The notes below the pieces were generated by a model. The model saw nothing but the letters and a program-made list of their open reading frames with translations, had not been told where the DNA came from and did not search any database. Shown here piece by piece: positions 10,299 through 18,813 of a stretch of DNA of 64,000 bases (the stretch's first letter is position 1; each line of letters begins with the position of its first letter). The position numbers were made by a program, and so were the translations under genes. The stretch lies in IMG/VR virus record IMGVR_UViG_3300009164_000039; one strand, 5' to 3'. The stretch is from a virus.

Positions 10299-11448
10299 AG
10301 TTATCCCGTTGGTTAATGTTAGTGCATTGCAAGCCCTGACGCCCGCACCTCTTGGTCGCGCAGAGGTTGACTCTGACTACATGACACGGTATATACAAAC
10401 TGGAATGGATTTTAACAAGGATCTTGGACTAGCAGGCAAATATTGTTATCACCCATTTAACACAGTCACGATAGACCATCGAGGTCGTTGCTATGTATGC
10501 ACCTGTCAGGCATGGTTACCAATCAGCGTAGGTAACATTTTAGATTTTAATTCGCTGAGTGAAATTGTTCACAGCTCACGTGCTAGAGAGATACAACGAA
10601 GTATCGTAGATGGCAGTTATCGTTACTGTGACAATAAAACTTGCGGGTTATTAATCAGCGACGCAATGGAAACTAGAATTGAGCACAAACCAGACACTGT
10701 GAATTGGATCAATTTCTGTATCGATGACAGTTGCAACTTACAGTGTCCTAGCTGTCGCACAGATTTAATATTTCATAAACAAGGTCCAGAATTTGATCTA
10801 CGTATGAAAATATCACAGCATGTGAGCAAGCTGATCAGCGAACACAATCATTTTTTACGATTTACACTAAGCAACGATGGGGATCCATTTGCTAGTCATG
10901 TGTACAGAAACCTAATGACAACTATTGCGCCACAACTGGTCAATCAGCTGGAGATTGAAATAGTAACTAACGGCATATTAATGAAGTCACATTGGCACGA
11001 AATTGAAAACATATACCCTAACCTCACACTAATCAAAGTCAGTTTTGATGCTGCCACCGAACAAACATACAACAAAACACGATGCGGCGGCAGTTGGAAC
11101 AAAGTAACTGAAAGCACTAGATTTGTAGCTGATTGGCTGGCTCAACGCAAAGCACAGCATCTCAATGCATATACTAGATTGGTAGCTAATTTTGTAGTGC
11201 AACAAACAAACTATCATGAGATGATTGACTTTGTAACACTGTGCAATTCGTTGGGTGTTGATCAGATCTTGTTTCAAAAAGTAACTAACTGGAATACGTG
11301 GATTGATGCCAACGGCACAGATCAGTACAGCGCACATGCAGTATGGCAACAGTCGCATCCTGAATATCACAAGCTGAAAGAAATACTAAAAGATCCTGTG
11401 TTTCAACAGCACAATGTTAAACTAACTAACCTAGCGGATCTACTATGA
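10291..11448 (+). CDS. Radical SAM protein 5 (divergent, DGDPF instead of GGEP)
   Basis: CNLQCPSC; CYHPF..CYVCTC..YCDNKTC; NDGDPF. Confidence 0.88.
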   Translation: MNKVIPLVNVSALQALTPAPLGRAEVDSDYMTRYIQTGMDFNKDLGLAGKYCYHPFNTVTIDHRGRCYVCTCQAWLPISVGNILDFNSLSEIVHSSRAREIQRSIVDGSYRYCDNKTCGLLISDAMETRIEHKPDTVNWINFCIDDSCNLQCPSCRTDLIFHKQGPEFDLRMKISQHVSKLISEHNHFLRFTLSNDGDPFASHVYRNLMTTIAPQLVNQLEIEIVTNGILMKSHWHEIENIYPNLTLIKVSFDAATEQTYNKTRCGGSWNKVTESTRFVADWLAQRKAQHLNAYTRLVANFVVQQTNYHEMIDFVTLCNSLGVDQILFQKVTNWNTWIDANGTDQYSAHAVWQQSHPEYHKLKEILKDPVFQQHNVKLTNLADLL

Positions 11449-12734
11449 ACAAACCTGATTCGTTATGCTTGGCTCCTTGGACACACACATATCTTAGTCC
11501 GCAGACTGAGCGCCGCATGTGTTGTGCAAGTCGCGAGCCTGCACAAAACTTTCAACAGTATATTGACACCAGCGCCGGTTCTGGCAAGTATATACCTATC
11601 ACTCTGGACGAACATTGGAACGGTGACCACATGCGCTCCGTACGAAAACGCATGCTGTCCGGCGAAACATTACCCGAGTGCGAAGTATGTAATGATAAAC
11701 TGTTGAATACCTCTGTGTATAGAGATTACTTCACGCACTTGTTTGCACACAAACTTGACCAAGTACATGCCAGTACAGATGACACCGGGCACACTACAAT
11801 GCAACCGATCAGCTGGGACTATAGATTTAGTAATCTTTGTAATTTCAAATGTCGCATGTGTGGAGACATGTTGAGCAGTGCATGGGAAAGCGAGCAACGT
11901 GTACATGGCATGATAGATTGGAACAATCCAAAGAACAACTGGATGAAGCCAGTCATACGCGATGAAATACATCAGTTTCAAACCACGCAGGTTGAACATG
12001 AGTTCAGTCAGGCAGTTGAAGAACATCGTGTTGAGGAGATATATTGGGTGGGTGGCGAACCCTTGATGTACGAACAACATTGGAAGTACATGAAAAGAAT
12101 AATTGAATTAGGGGACGGACCAAATGTCTATGCAAGATATAATACAAATCTCAGCCGTGTTGATTATCGCGGTGTCAATCTTTATCGGGATATTTTATCT
12201 GGGTTACGGGATTGGCAAATCTGCGCATCGCTCGACGGAACAGGTAAAATTGGTGAGTACATTAGATCAGGTCTCGACTTCGATGCTTGGCTTGAGAACT
12301 TCGCTCAAGGAGTTGCGATTGCGACTAATCCTAGACAGATGCGAATCGACTACACCCTTACCCTGCCAGGAATGTTTGAGGTTGAACGGATTGAACGACT
12401 GTCCGCAACCTACGGAGTACAAGTTCTGGCGAAGGTAGTTTTTAGTTTCAGTCCGGACATAGTTATGTCACCTTTAGCCCTACCTCGGGACATGTTACAC
12501 TCTTGGGTAGATGAAATACTTTCTGTGGTGAAGACCGACTCGTTAAAGGATATCTTGGTTCAGCTGAAAACTAGACCTACGTTTGCGGAACAGTGGCCCG
12601 ACCAATATCAAACAGCACTGCGCCGTGGTAAAGACCGTGTGTTGAAATTAGAAAGCATACGAGACAATCCTATCACAATGGCAGAGATATTGAGTGAACG
12701 ATCGGATGTATTGCACTGGTGGAATAACATATGA
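11445..12734 (+). CDS. Radical SAM protein 6 with N-terminal SPASM/Twitch-like domain
   Basis: CNFKCRMC, VGGEPL; CLAPW..MCC..CEVC. Confidence 0.9.
   Translation: MNKPDSLCLAPWTHTYLSPQTERRMCCASREPAQNFQQYIDTSAGSGKYIPITLDEHWNGDHMRSVRKRMLSGETLPECEVCNDKLLNTSVYRDYFTHLFAHKLDQVHASTDDTGHTTMQPISWDYRFSNLCNFKCRMCGDMLSSAWESEQRVHGMIDWNNPKNNWMKPVIRDEIHQFQTTQVEHEFSQAVEEHRVEEIYWVGGEPLMYEQHWKYMKRIIELGDGPNVYARYNTNLSRVDYRGVNLYRDILSGLRDWQICASLDGTGKIGEYIRSGLDFDAWLENFAQGVAIATNPRQMRIDYTLTLPGMFEVERIERLSATYGVQVLAKVVFSFSPDIVMSPLALPRDMLHSWVDEILSVVKTDSLKDILVQLKTRPTFAEQWPDQYQTALRRGKDRVLKLESIRDNPITMAEILSERSDVLHWWNNI
12124..12438 (+). CDS. Putative overprinted single-TM protein (104 aa) in +1 frame of radical SAM 6
   Basis: AGGGG/GGA upstream; N-terminal TM (IIQISAVLIIAVSIFIGIFYLGYGIG), Leu-rich helix, Cys-rich tail. 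Confidence 0.4.
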   Translation: MSMQDIIQISAVLIIAVSIFIGIFYLGYGIGKSAHRSTEQVKLVSTLDQVSTSMLGLRTSLKELRLRLILDRCESTTPLPCQECLRLNGLNDCPQPTEYKFWRR

Positions 12735-13492
12735 TATTATTAAGTTCTGGCGATAGCTTTACATATGGCAACGAGCTCAGTGATGACAACCCTGCACGTG
12801 CTAGTAACAACACATGGTCGGCGAACCTAGCAAAACATTTTGGGTTTGAGCACCAGTGTGTGGCCAAAGGCGGCGCCGGCAACGACTATATTTCTAGATC
12901 ACTCATAACACAGGCCAATGAACTTCGTAAAAAAAGCAAACAGTTTGCAGTAGCGGTAATGTGGACCTATCCTGGACGCATTGAATTAAAAGTTCAGTCC
13001 GAGTGGCACCAACTAAACGATTATGTATTTTGGGATTCGACTGAAAAACTACAAGCACAGTGGCCCGATAAAGGTGAAAAATTTTATGCATCAATACTAG
13101 ACAGAATTCAAAAAGACCGAGAAGCAAATCGATTGGATTTGTTCAGAGACTATATGAAATTTACGGTGTTAACTGGTGACTATGCAATAGTAAAATCTTA
13201 TCAAAGTATATTTGTTACCGCACAATATCTAATGCATCATGAAATTCCTTTCTTTTTTGTAAATGCAGTTGACGAGGCAAACATCACTGGAAATTACATA
13301 CCTCAGGACAGTTTGCCTTACCTGGACAGCATTGACCAGCAAGACTGGATGCCTGTTCCTAGTTTCTATTCCTGGGCAAAAGAAAATAATTATAAATTTG
13401 GGTCAGCACACCCATTGGATCGAGCACACACAGATTACGCTAAACTGATACTAGCTACAGGATTGGTAGAAACAAAATGGCAATTAAAGTAG
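12731..13492 (+). CDS. SGNH/GDSL hydrolase-like protein
   Basis: SSGDSFTYG block I, GAGND block II, HPLDRAH C-terminal. Confidence 0.7.
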   Translation: MILLSSGDSFTYGNELSDDNPARASNNTWSANLAKHFGFEHQCVAKGGAGNDYISRSLITQANELRKKSKQFAVAVMWTYPGRIELKVQSEWHQLNDYVFWDSTEKLQAQWPDKGEKFYASILDRIQKDREANRLDLFRDYMKFTVLTGDYAIVKSYQSIFVTAQYLMHHEIPFFFVNAVDEANITGNYIPQDSLPYLDSIDQQDWMPVPSFYSWAKENNYKFGSAHPLDRAHTDYAKLILATGLVETKWQLK

Positions 13493-14571
13493 TATTACGA
13501 AACCCATTGGATCAGCAAGATCTAATAGACTATGACATTGTGCCCGATGACACATTGTTGGCACATGACTGGCAACAGGCACTAAAAGAACTGTTAGTGC
13601 AAGGTCGCATGCTGGAAAAGAACTTTTGTTTTCTCGGCTTTCCTGGCACTGCACGTACACTTGATTACATCTGCAAAGAATTAAACGAATGCGTGTACGA
13701 TGTCAATGCTATGGATTGGCAGTCAGTTGGACTTGCACCGTATATAATTGAAGAGTGGTTCACACCTGACTCAGTTAGATTTGGTTTAGAATATCCCTGT
13801 GAGCTAACCGATACCAGCCTAGGATTATCAGTCAAACACGAAGTAATGAACAAACTGCACAATCATTTTGAGAGACTTCAAGGCACTGTATGGTCACCTA
13901 GTGAGTATTATACTCAGGCCACTCCAACTGTTAAGTATGCAATTAGACAACTCAACACACTGTGCCATGAAATTGAATCTCTGGTGCTGAGCCAACGCAA
14001 GGCATATCGTTTGCCAGAATGGGTACGCCCAAGCCAAATTACTACGTTTATCAGCGCACCAAGATACGATCTTAAAGATCGGCATCGTGAAGGATTTGTT
14101 ACCAATGGATATGACAGAAAATTTGGACATGTGTACATGCACTGGGCACAAATTGGCAAAACACTGTTTGAAGTATTTCGTGATGAGCATGCACCAGAAC
14201 TAACTGATACTGTATGTGAAGCAATCACTCAATTGAAATACTATTCCGGTGAATTTGACATTGAATGGGGACGAGATGTAGTACGTACAGGCGACTTTCC
14301 GTGGCACGTGGAAGAACAGGATCGTTTTGAAAAATGGTTGATACAAAACAACATAGATCCAAAAAATCCTGCAATGAGCTCAGGATATTTGCCATTGGGA
14401 CAGGTAGAATTACAACAGAGTTTTGGCACAACCGATATTGGCACCATTTGGCAAATACTCAGCACACACCTGGATATATACAGTATCGAGGTAGACGGAG
14501 TTGTTCAAACATATGATTACTGTTGGAGCGATACTGACTACAAGCAGTCGCAGATCAGGAGACTACTATGA
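13477..14571 (+). CDS. Hypothetical protein
   Basis: 364-aa ORF overlapping neighbours; no motif recognised. Confidence 0.75.
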   Translation: MAIKVVLRNPLDQQDLIDYDIVPDDTLLAHDWQQALKELLVQGRMLEKNFCFLGFPGTARTLDYICKELNECVYDVNAMDWQSVGLAPYIIEEWFTPDSVRFGLEYPCELTDTSLGLSVKHEVMNKLHNHFERLQGTVWSPSEYYTQATPTVKYAIRQLNTLCHEIESLVLSQRKAYRLPEWVRPSQITTFISAPRYDLKDRHREGFVTNGYDRKFGHVYMHWAQIGKTLFEVFRDEHAPELTDTVCEAITQLKYYSGEFDIEWGRDVVRTGDFPWHVEEQDRFEKWLIQNNIDPKNPAMSSGYLPLGQVELQQSFGTTDIGTIWQILSTHLDIYSIEVDGVVQTYDYCWSDTDYKQSQIRRLL

Positions 14572-14666
14572 GTTGGCTTAAAAAAATATACAACAGAATT
14601 AAAATGGAAATTGCTTATCGCAAGCGATTAAAAGAGTTGCGTAAACGAGATCCATTTATCTACTGA
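14568..14666 (+). CDS. Small basic peptide (32 aa, MSWLKKIYNRIKMEIAYRKRLKELRKRDPFIY)
   Basis: Below ORF-track cutoff; ATGA overlap with upstream stop, ends 1 nt before next ATG. Confidence 0.65.
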   Translation: MSWLKKIYNRIKMEIAYRKRLKELRKRDPFIY

Positions 14667-14667
14667 C

Positions 14668-15360
14668 ATGAAAAAAATACTTGTTCTAGCCTGTAGTAGC
14701 GGATTGGGCGTCGAATGCGAAGATGTAATCAATCATTGCTGGCCCAACATACTAGGAGACCTTACTAACACCGCAGTAACCAATGCCTCTGAAGCTGGCG
14801 GTAGCAATGACATGATGTATCGCAAAGCACTGTCAATGACTGCAACTGAATCGTATGACCTGGTATTGATTGCATGGACAAACATTGATCGCATGGAAGT
14901 GTATTTTAACGAAGAGATTGTGTCTAATAGATTACCTGACGTACTAATCAGTGAAAAATTTCCTCGTGTGCAAGGACCTGGGCCAGTCAGTGTGTCTCAT
15001 CATTGGAGTGACTTGCCTTGGATTGAAAAATACTATGGCATGCACTATAATGAACGTTACTTACTAGAGCGATGGTTGCACCAAGCAATCACACTTCAAG
15101 AATATTTCAAAGCCAAAAAACAGCCATTTGCTTACATATCAAACTTTGGAAACACTCAGTATCTAAAAAATCATACAGACATTCCTATGTTAAAGATGCT
15201 GGATGTAAAATCTTGGATTGGTAACTGGCCTGGGTCAACTTTACGCGACTGGGGTGCACCAATTGGCGTACACAAATATGGTCATTTTACGTTAGACGCA
15301 CATAAATTTATTGCAGAAAAAATACATGAGCATATTAGGAATCGCGGCTGGCTTTCATGA
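14668..15360 (+). CDS. SGNH-like protein (degenerate block I)
   Basis: ASEAGGSNDMM, VLIAWTNIDR, GHFTLDAH resemble 12731..13492. Confidence 0.5.
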   Translation: MKKILVLACSSGLGVECEDVINHCWPNILGDLTNTAVTNASEAGGSNDMMYRKALSMTATESYDLVLIAWTNIDRMEVYFNEEIVSNRLPDVLISEKFPRVQGPGPVSVSHHWSDLPWIEKYYGMHYNERYLLERWLHQAITLQEYFKAKKQPFAYISNFGNTQYLKNHTDIPMLKMLDVKSWIGNWPGSTLRDWGAPIGVHKYGHFTLDAHKFIAEKIHEHIRNRGWLS

Positions 15361-16807
15361 TGCCGCACTAGCGGTAATTGACAAGCATGGGGACATTGTA
15401 TTTGCTGGACACAGTGAGCGTTACAGCAAAATCAAACACGACAAAAATTTATCGCCAGGCTTGATTGCCGAAGTATGCAAATTTGATATACATGAAATAG
15501 CATATTATGAACGTCCTTGGGCACAACAGTTGCGTAGATTGTACACCGGCGAAGGAGTAGAGTGGAACAAGCTCACAGTCCGGCAGATATTAAAAAAACA
15601 AATTAACGAGTTCAGTGCATTCTCTGGACCAGTAGTAGCATATCCGCATCATCTGAGTCATGCGGCAGCAGGATTTCAAACAAGCCCATTTACCCGTGCC
15701 ACAGTGGTTGTGATAGACGCTGTAGGTGAATGGGACACAATAACCATCTGGGGCGCAGAATACGATCGCAATGGACACGCACAGTACAAGAAGTTATGGC
15801 AACAAGGTTACCCGCATAGTATAGGATTGTTCTACAGTGCAATGACCCAGCGAGTAGGGTTGAAGCCCCTGGACGAAGAATACATTTTGATGGGCATGGC
15901 AGCGTATGGTGAGCGTGGCTTTGGTGACCTATTAAAAATGGACATGATAGAATCAGAATTTGACATTCGATTCAAACACAATCTACACACTGGTATAGAT
16001 AAAAAATATCTAGCCTACATCAGTGACTTTGATATAGCTGCCGGCGCACAAGATCTTGTGGAAACACTCATACTCAATGTTATGCTACGTGCTAAGAAGT
16101 TTGGGTGGAGTAGCAATCTGGTGTACGGTGGAGGTGTTGCGCTCAACTGTGCCGCCAATAGATTTTTAGGAGAATATTTTGATAACATTTGGATTATGCC
16201 TTGTCCTGGTGATGCTGGTTCTAGTCTGGGGGCCGCCGCTGTTAGTTTCCGTGGTTGTATTAATTGGACTGATGCTTGTCTTGGGCATGATATACCTGGC
16301 GACTATCCTGTTAATGATGCCGTGGCTGCTCTTTTGCGTGGTGATATTATTGGTGTGGCGAGCGGTCGAGCCGAGTTCGGCCCGAGAGCGTTGGGAAACA
16401 GAAGTCTCCTCGCAGACCCAAGAGGAACAGAAATCAAAGACAAAGTAAATGAAATCAAACGTAGACAAAAGTTTAGACCCTTTGCACCCGTTGTATTGGA
16501 AGAGATGGCTGATCAGTATTTTACTATGCCTCGCGGGTGGGATCGCAGTCGGTACATGCAGTCAGTCGCTGACTGTAGGCATCCTGAGTTATTTCCTGCT
16601 ATTGTTCACGCTGACGGAACTAGTCGTGTTCAGACCGTACCGAAAGATGGAAGCGGAATTAGAGAGCTCCTTGAAAAATGGTTCGTGTTAACTGATTGTC
16701 CTATGTTGCTAAACACCAGCCTAAACATACGTGGCGAACCTATGGTCAATGATCGTGCTGACGCAGACCGCTTTGAAAAGTTATATGGCATAAAGGTCTA
16801 CAGTTAA
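15326..16807 (+). CDS. Carbamoyltransferase, NodU/CmcH family
   Basis: ILGIAAGFHDAA, HHLSHAA, GGVALNC, GRAEFGPRALGNRS, RPFAP, DGTSRVQTV, LLNTSLN. Confidence 0.95.
   Translation: MSILGIAAGFHDAALAVIDKHGDIVFAGHSERYSKIKHDKNLSPGLIAEVCKFDIHEIAYYERPWAQQLRRLYTGEGVEWNKLTVRQILKKQINEFSAFSGPVVAYPHHLSHAAAGFQTSPFTRATVVVIDAVGEWDTITIWGAEYDRNGHAQYKKLWQQGYPHSIGLFYSAMTQRVGLKPLDEEYILMGMAAYGERGFGDLLKMDMIESEFDIRFKHNLHTGIDKKYLAYISDFDIAAGAQDLVETLILNVMLRAKKFGWSSNLVYGGGVALNCAANRFLGEYFDNIWIMPCPGDAGSSLGAAAVSFRGCINWTDACLGHDIPGDYPVNDAVAALLRGDIIGVASGRAEFGPRALGNRSLLADPRGTEIKDKVNEIKRRQKFRPFAPVVLEEMADQYFTMPRGWDRSRYMQSVADCRHPELFPAIVHADGTSRVQTVPKDGSGIRELLEKWFVLTDCPMLLNTSLNIRGEPMVNDRADADRFEKLYGIKVYS
16179..16448 (+). CDS. Putative overprinted multi-TM protein (89 aa) in +1 frame of carbamoyltransferase
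   Basis: AGGAG at 16168..16172, 6 nt before TTG; about 60 hydrophobic residues then a charged tail. Confidence 0.5.
   Translation: MITFGLCLVLVMLVLVWGPPLLVSVVVLIGLMLVLGMIYLATILLMMPWLLFCVVILLVWRAVEPSSARERWETEVSSQTQEEQKSKTK
16449..16691 (+). CDS. Putative overprinted 2-TM protein (80 aa), translationally coupled to 16179..16448
   Basis: TAA-ATG abutment; hydrophobic WLISILLCLAGG..ILSYFLLLFTL. Confidence 0.45.
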   Translation: MKSNVDKSLDPLHPLYWKRWLISILLCLAGGIAVGTCSQSLTVGILSYFLLLFTLTELVVFRPYRKMEAELESSLKNGSC

Positions 16808-18813
16808 TGTATGATGTATTTTATACCGGCACAGCACCTGGCGTGTTTGCACACGAACGCAGTGCCAACAACATTGAACACGCACAGCAACTGAGTCGTA
16901 CACGTTACTTCTGGTGGGTAACTGCACATTGTGACTACACCGACTTTGATTTTTACTTCACACCTGTACCTTGGCAAGGAGACTTCACGCATGTATGGCC
17001 CACACAATGGAAAGAGTTCTTTGGTGCATACCTTGTGCCCACCAACAGTAAACAACTAAACTATCACCACCACAGTGAAGTGTTACCTCCGCGGCAGCAT
17101 CCAGAGCACTATACAAAACTAATCAACTGCGAGTTTGATACTGAGTGGGTTCCGCATCCTTGGGACCCACCTTACATCTATGTGTTTGGTAACCAGTGGT
17201 ACCCAGCAGAGAAAATGCCCACTGTTGAATATCATGCGCCGGGTGCAACTGAGCGCAAGTTCATGCCGTGGCCACGTGCGCAACTGGTTCCTGACACTAC
17301 ATTATGGACAGTGCCAGAAGGCATTGATCCCGGCGACGTGGATTTTTCATGGGTGCCCGATCCGGGCTCACCTCCATATATCTATCAGTTTGCCACACAG
17401 CATCAGAAAACAGGTGGCCCACAATATCGTATGCCCGGTGCAACTGAAGTAAAGTATGTGGAACAAGTAAAGGTACGCACCAGTCGTGTGGCTACAGCCG
17501 TTTATGAAATTGATCACAGTGACGGCAACACCGGGTATGTTCCAAACATTACTCGACGTATTCGATTCTTTGACAACTACAAGGACACACTGATACGTCT
17601 GGCAACCAGTATAGGCGATGAACATGACTTTGTGTGGATATGTAGCAGTGCGTGTGACTACACAAACTTTGACTTCACATGGCACCCAGAACAATGGCAA
17701 GCTACTATGTTGCATGTGTTCCCAAGCAACGACCAAAAGTTTGGAGACACATTCTTCATGCATGTGCCCACCTTTAGAGCACGTGCTGAACAGTACGAAT
17801 TGTTAGATTGGTATGACCTAAACTTCTGCACCGACCAGTTAGTGCCACGCAGACCATTTCCATGTGTTGAATATTCTGGATCCAGTGTTGTACCAGTTAT
17901 TCGCGAGCATGAGTTTTTGGCCCCGTATACGTTATTTCAGCATACCTTGTACAGTTCAACACAAGTACATGCTAGTCCGAGCCTGTGGAGTAAAAAACAC
18001 CGTGAACTGATTACATTTAGCGCAGGAAACAGCGCCGCACTAGTGCCTAAAGATGTAAAACAACACCTTGAGACACAGGTTTATGACTACCCTTGGATCA
18101 AGAAAAGTAACGATCGCTTGCCCGAACTGCCACAAGACATTGTGTTTATCAGTTACGATGAATTGAATGCAGATCAAAACTATCACAATCTTGTGAGCCG
18201 TTTTTCAAATGCCAAACGAGTACACGGTGTTGAAGGAATGGTTGCGGCACTAGAAGCAGCCGCACGTGCTAGCACAACTGATTGGTTCTATGCAGTGTTT
18301 GCCAAGACACAGGTACATGAGTCATTTGTGTTTGACTTTGCACCAGATCGTTTCCAACAACCCAAGCATTACATATTCTATGCTATCAATGCAGTGAATG
18401 ATCTAGTGTATGGAGAAATGGGCATCATCTTATACAACCGTCAAATGGTACTGGACGGTCCTGCTGAACTGGGCATTGACTATACCATGAGCTTTCCAAA
18501 TGAAACCATACCGCAAATCAGTGCTTACGGTAACTTCAACACAGATCCATATCAGACCTGGCGTACTGCATTCCGTGAAACTGCAAAACTATGTTTGTTC
18601 CAGTATCAGACACCCAGCGTGGAAACAGAACACAGACTTGGTACATGGTTGTCACACGCACGTGGTGCGCATGCTGAGTGGGCATTGCGTGGTGCGCAGG
18701 ACGGAAAACAATTCTTTGAAGAAGTAGGTGCAGACGAAGCGCAACTAAAAGCAATGTTTAGTTGGAAATGGTTACGTGAACGCTACTGTAGTCTTTACGA
18801 AAAAACTTCTTGA
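16807..18813 (+). CDS. Multi-domain glycosyltransferase-like protein; C-terminal domain paralogous to 4292..5191
   Basis: DIVFISYDE..KRVHGVEG..TWRTAFRETAKL; internal repeats WVPxPxxPPYIY..PGATE. Confidence 0.65.
   Translation: MYDVFYTGTAPGVFAHERSANNIEHAQQLSRTRYFWWVTAHCDYTDFDFYFTPVPWQGDFTHVWPTQWKEFFGAYLVPTNSKQLNYHHHSEVLPPRQHPEHYTKLINCEFDTEWVPHPWDPPYIYVFGNQWYPAEKMPTVEYHAPGATERKFMPWPRAQLVPDTTLWTVPEGIDPGDVDFSWVPDPGSPPYIYQFATQHQKTGGPQYRMPGATEVKYVEQVKVRTSRVATAVYEIDHSDGNTGYVPNITRRIRFFDNYKDTLIRLATSIGDEHDFVWICSSACDYTNFDFTWHPEQWQATMLHVFPSNDQKFGDTFFMHVPTFRARAEQYELLDWYDLNFCTDQLVPRRPFPCVEYSGSSVVPVIREHEFLAPYTLFQHTLYSSTQVHASPSLWSKKHRELITFSAGNSAALVPKDVKQHLETQVYDYPWIKKSNDRLPELPQDIVFISYDELNADQNYHNLVSRFSNAKRVHGVEGMVAALEAAARASTTDWFYAVFAKTQVHESFVFDFAPDRFQQPKHYIFYAINAVNDLVYGEMGIILYNRQMVLDGPAELGIDYTMSFPNETIPQISAYGNFNTDPYQTWRTAFRETAKLCLFQYQTPSVETEHRLGTWLSHARGAHAEWALRGAQDGKQFFEEVGADEAQLKAMFSWKWLRERYCSLYEKTS

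Noticed and set aside
8229-11853. Near-identical AGATTTAGTAATCTNTGTAATTTC in radical SAM 3 and 6
   Set aside because: Encodes the shared RFSNLCNF motif; too short to claim gene conversion
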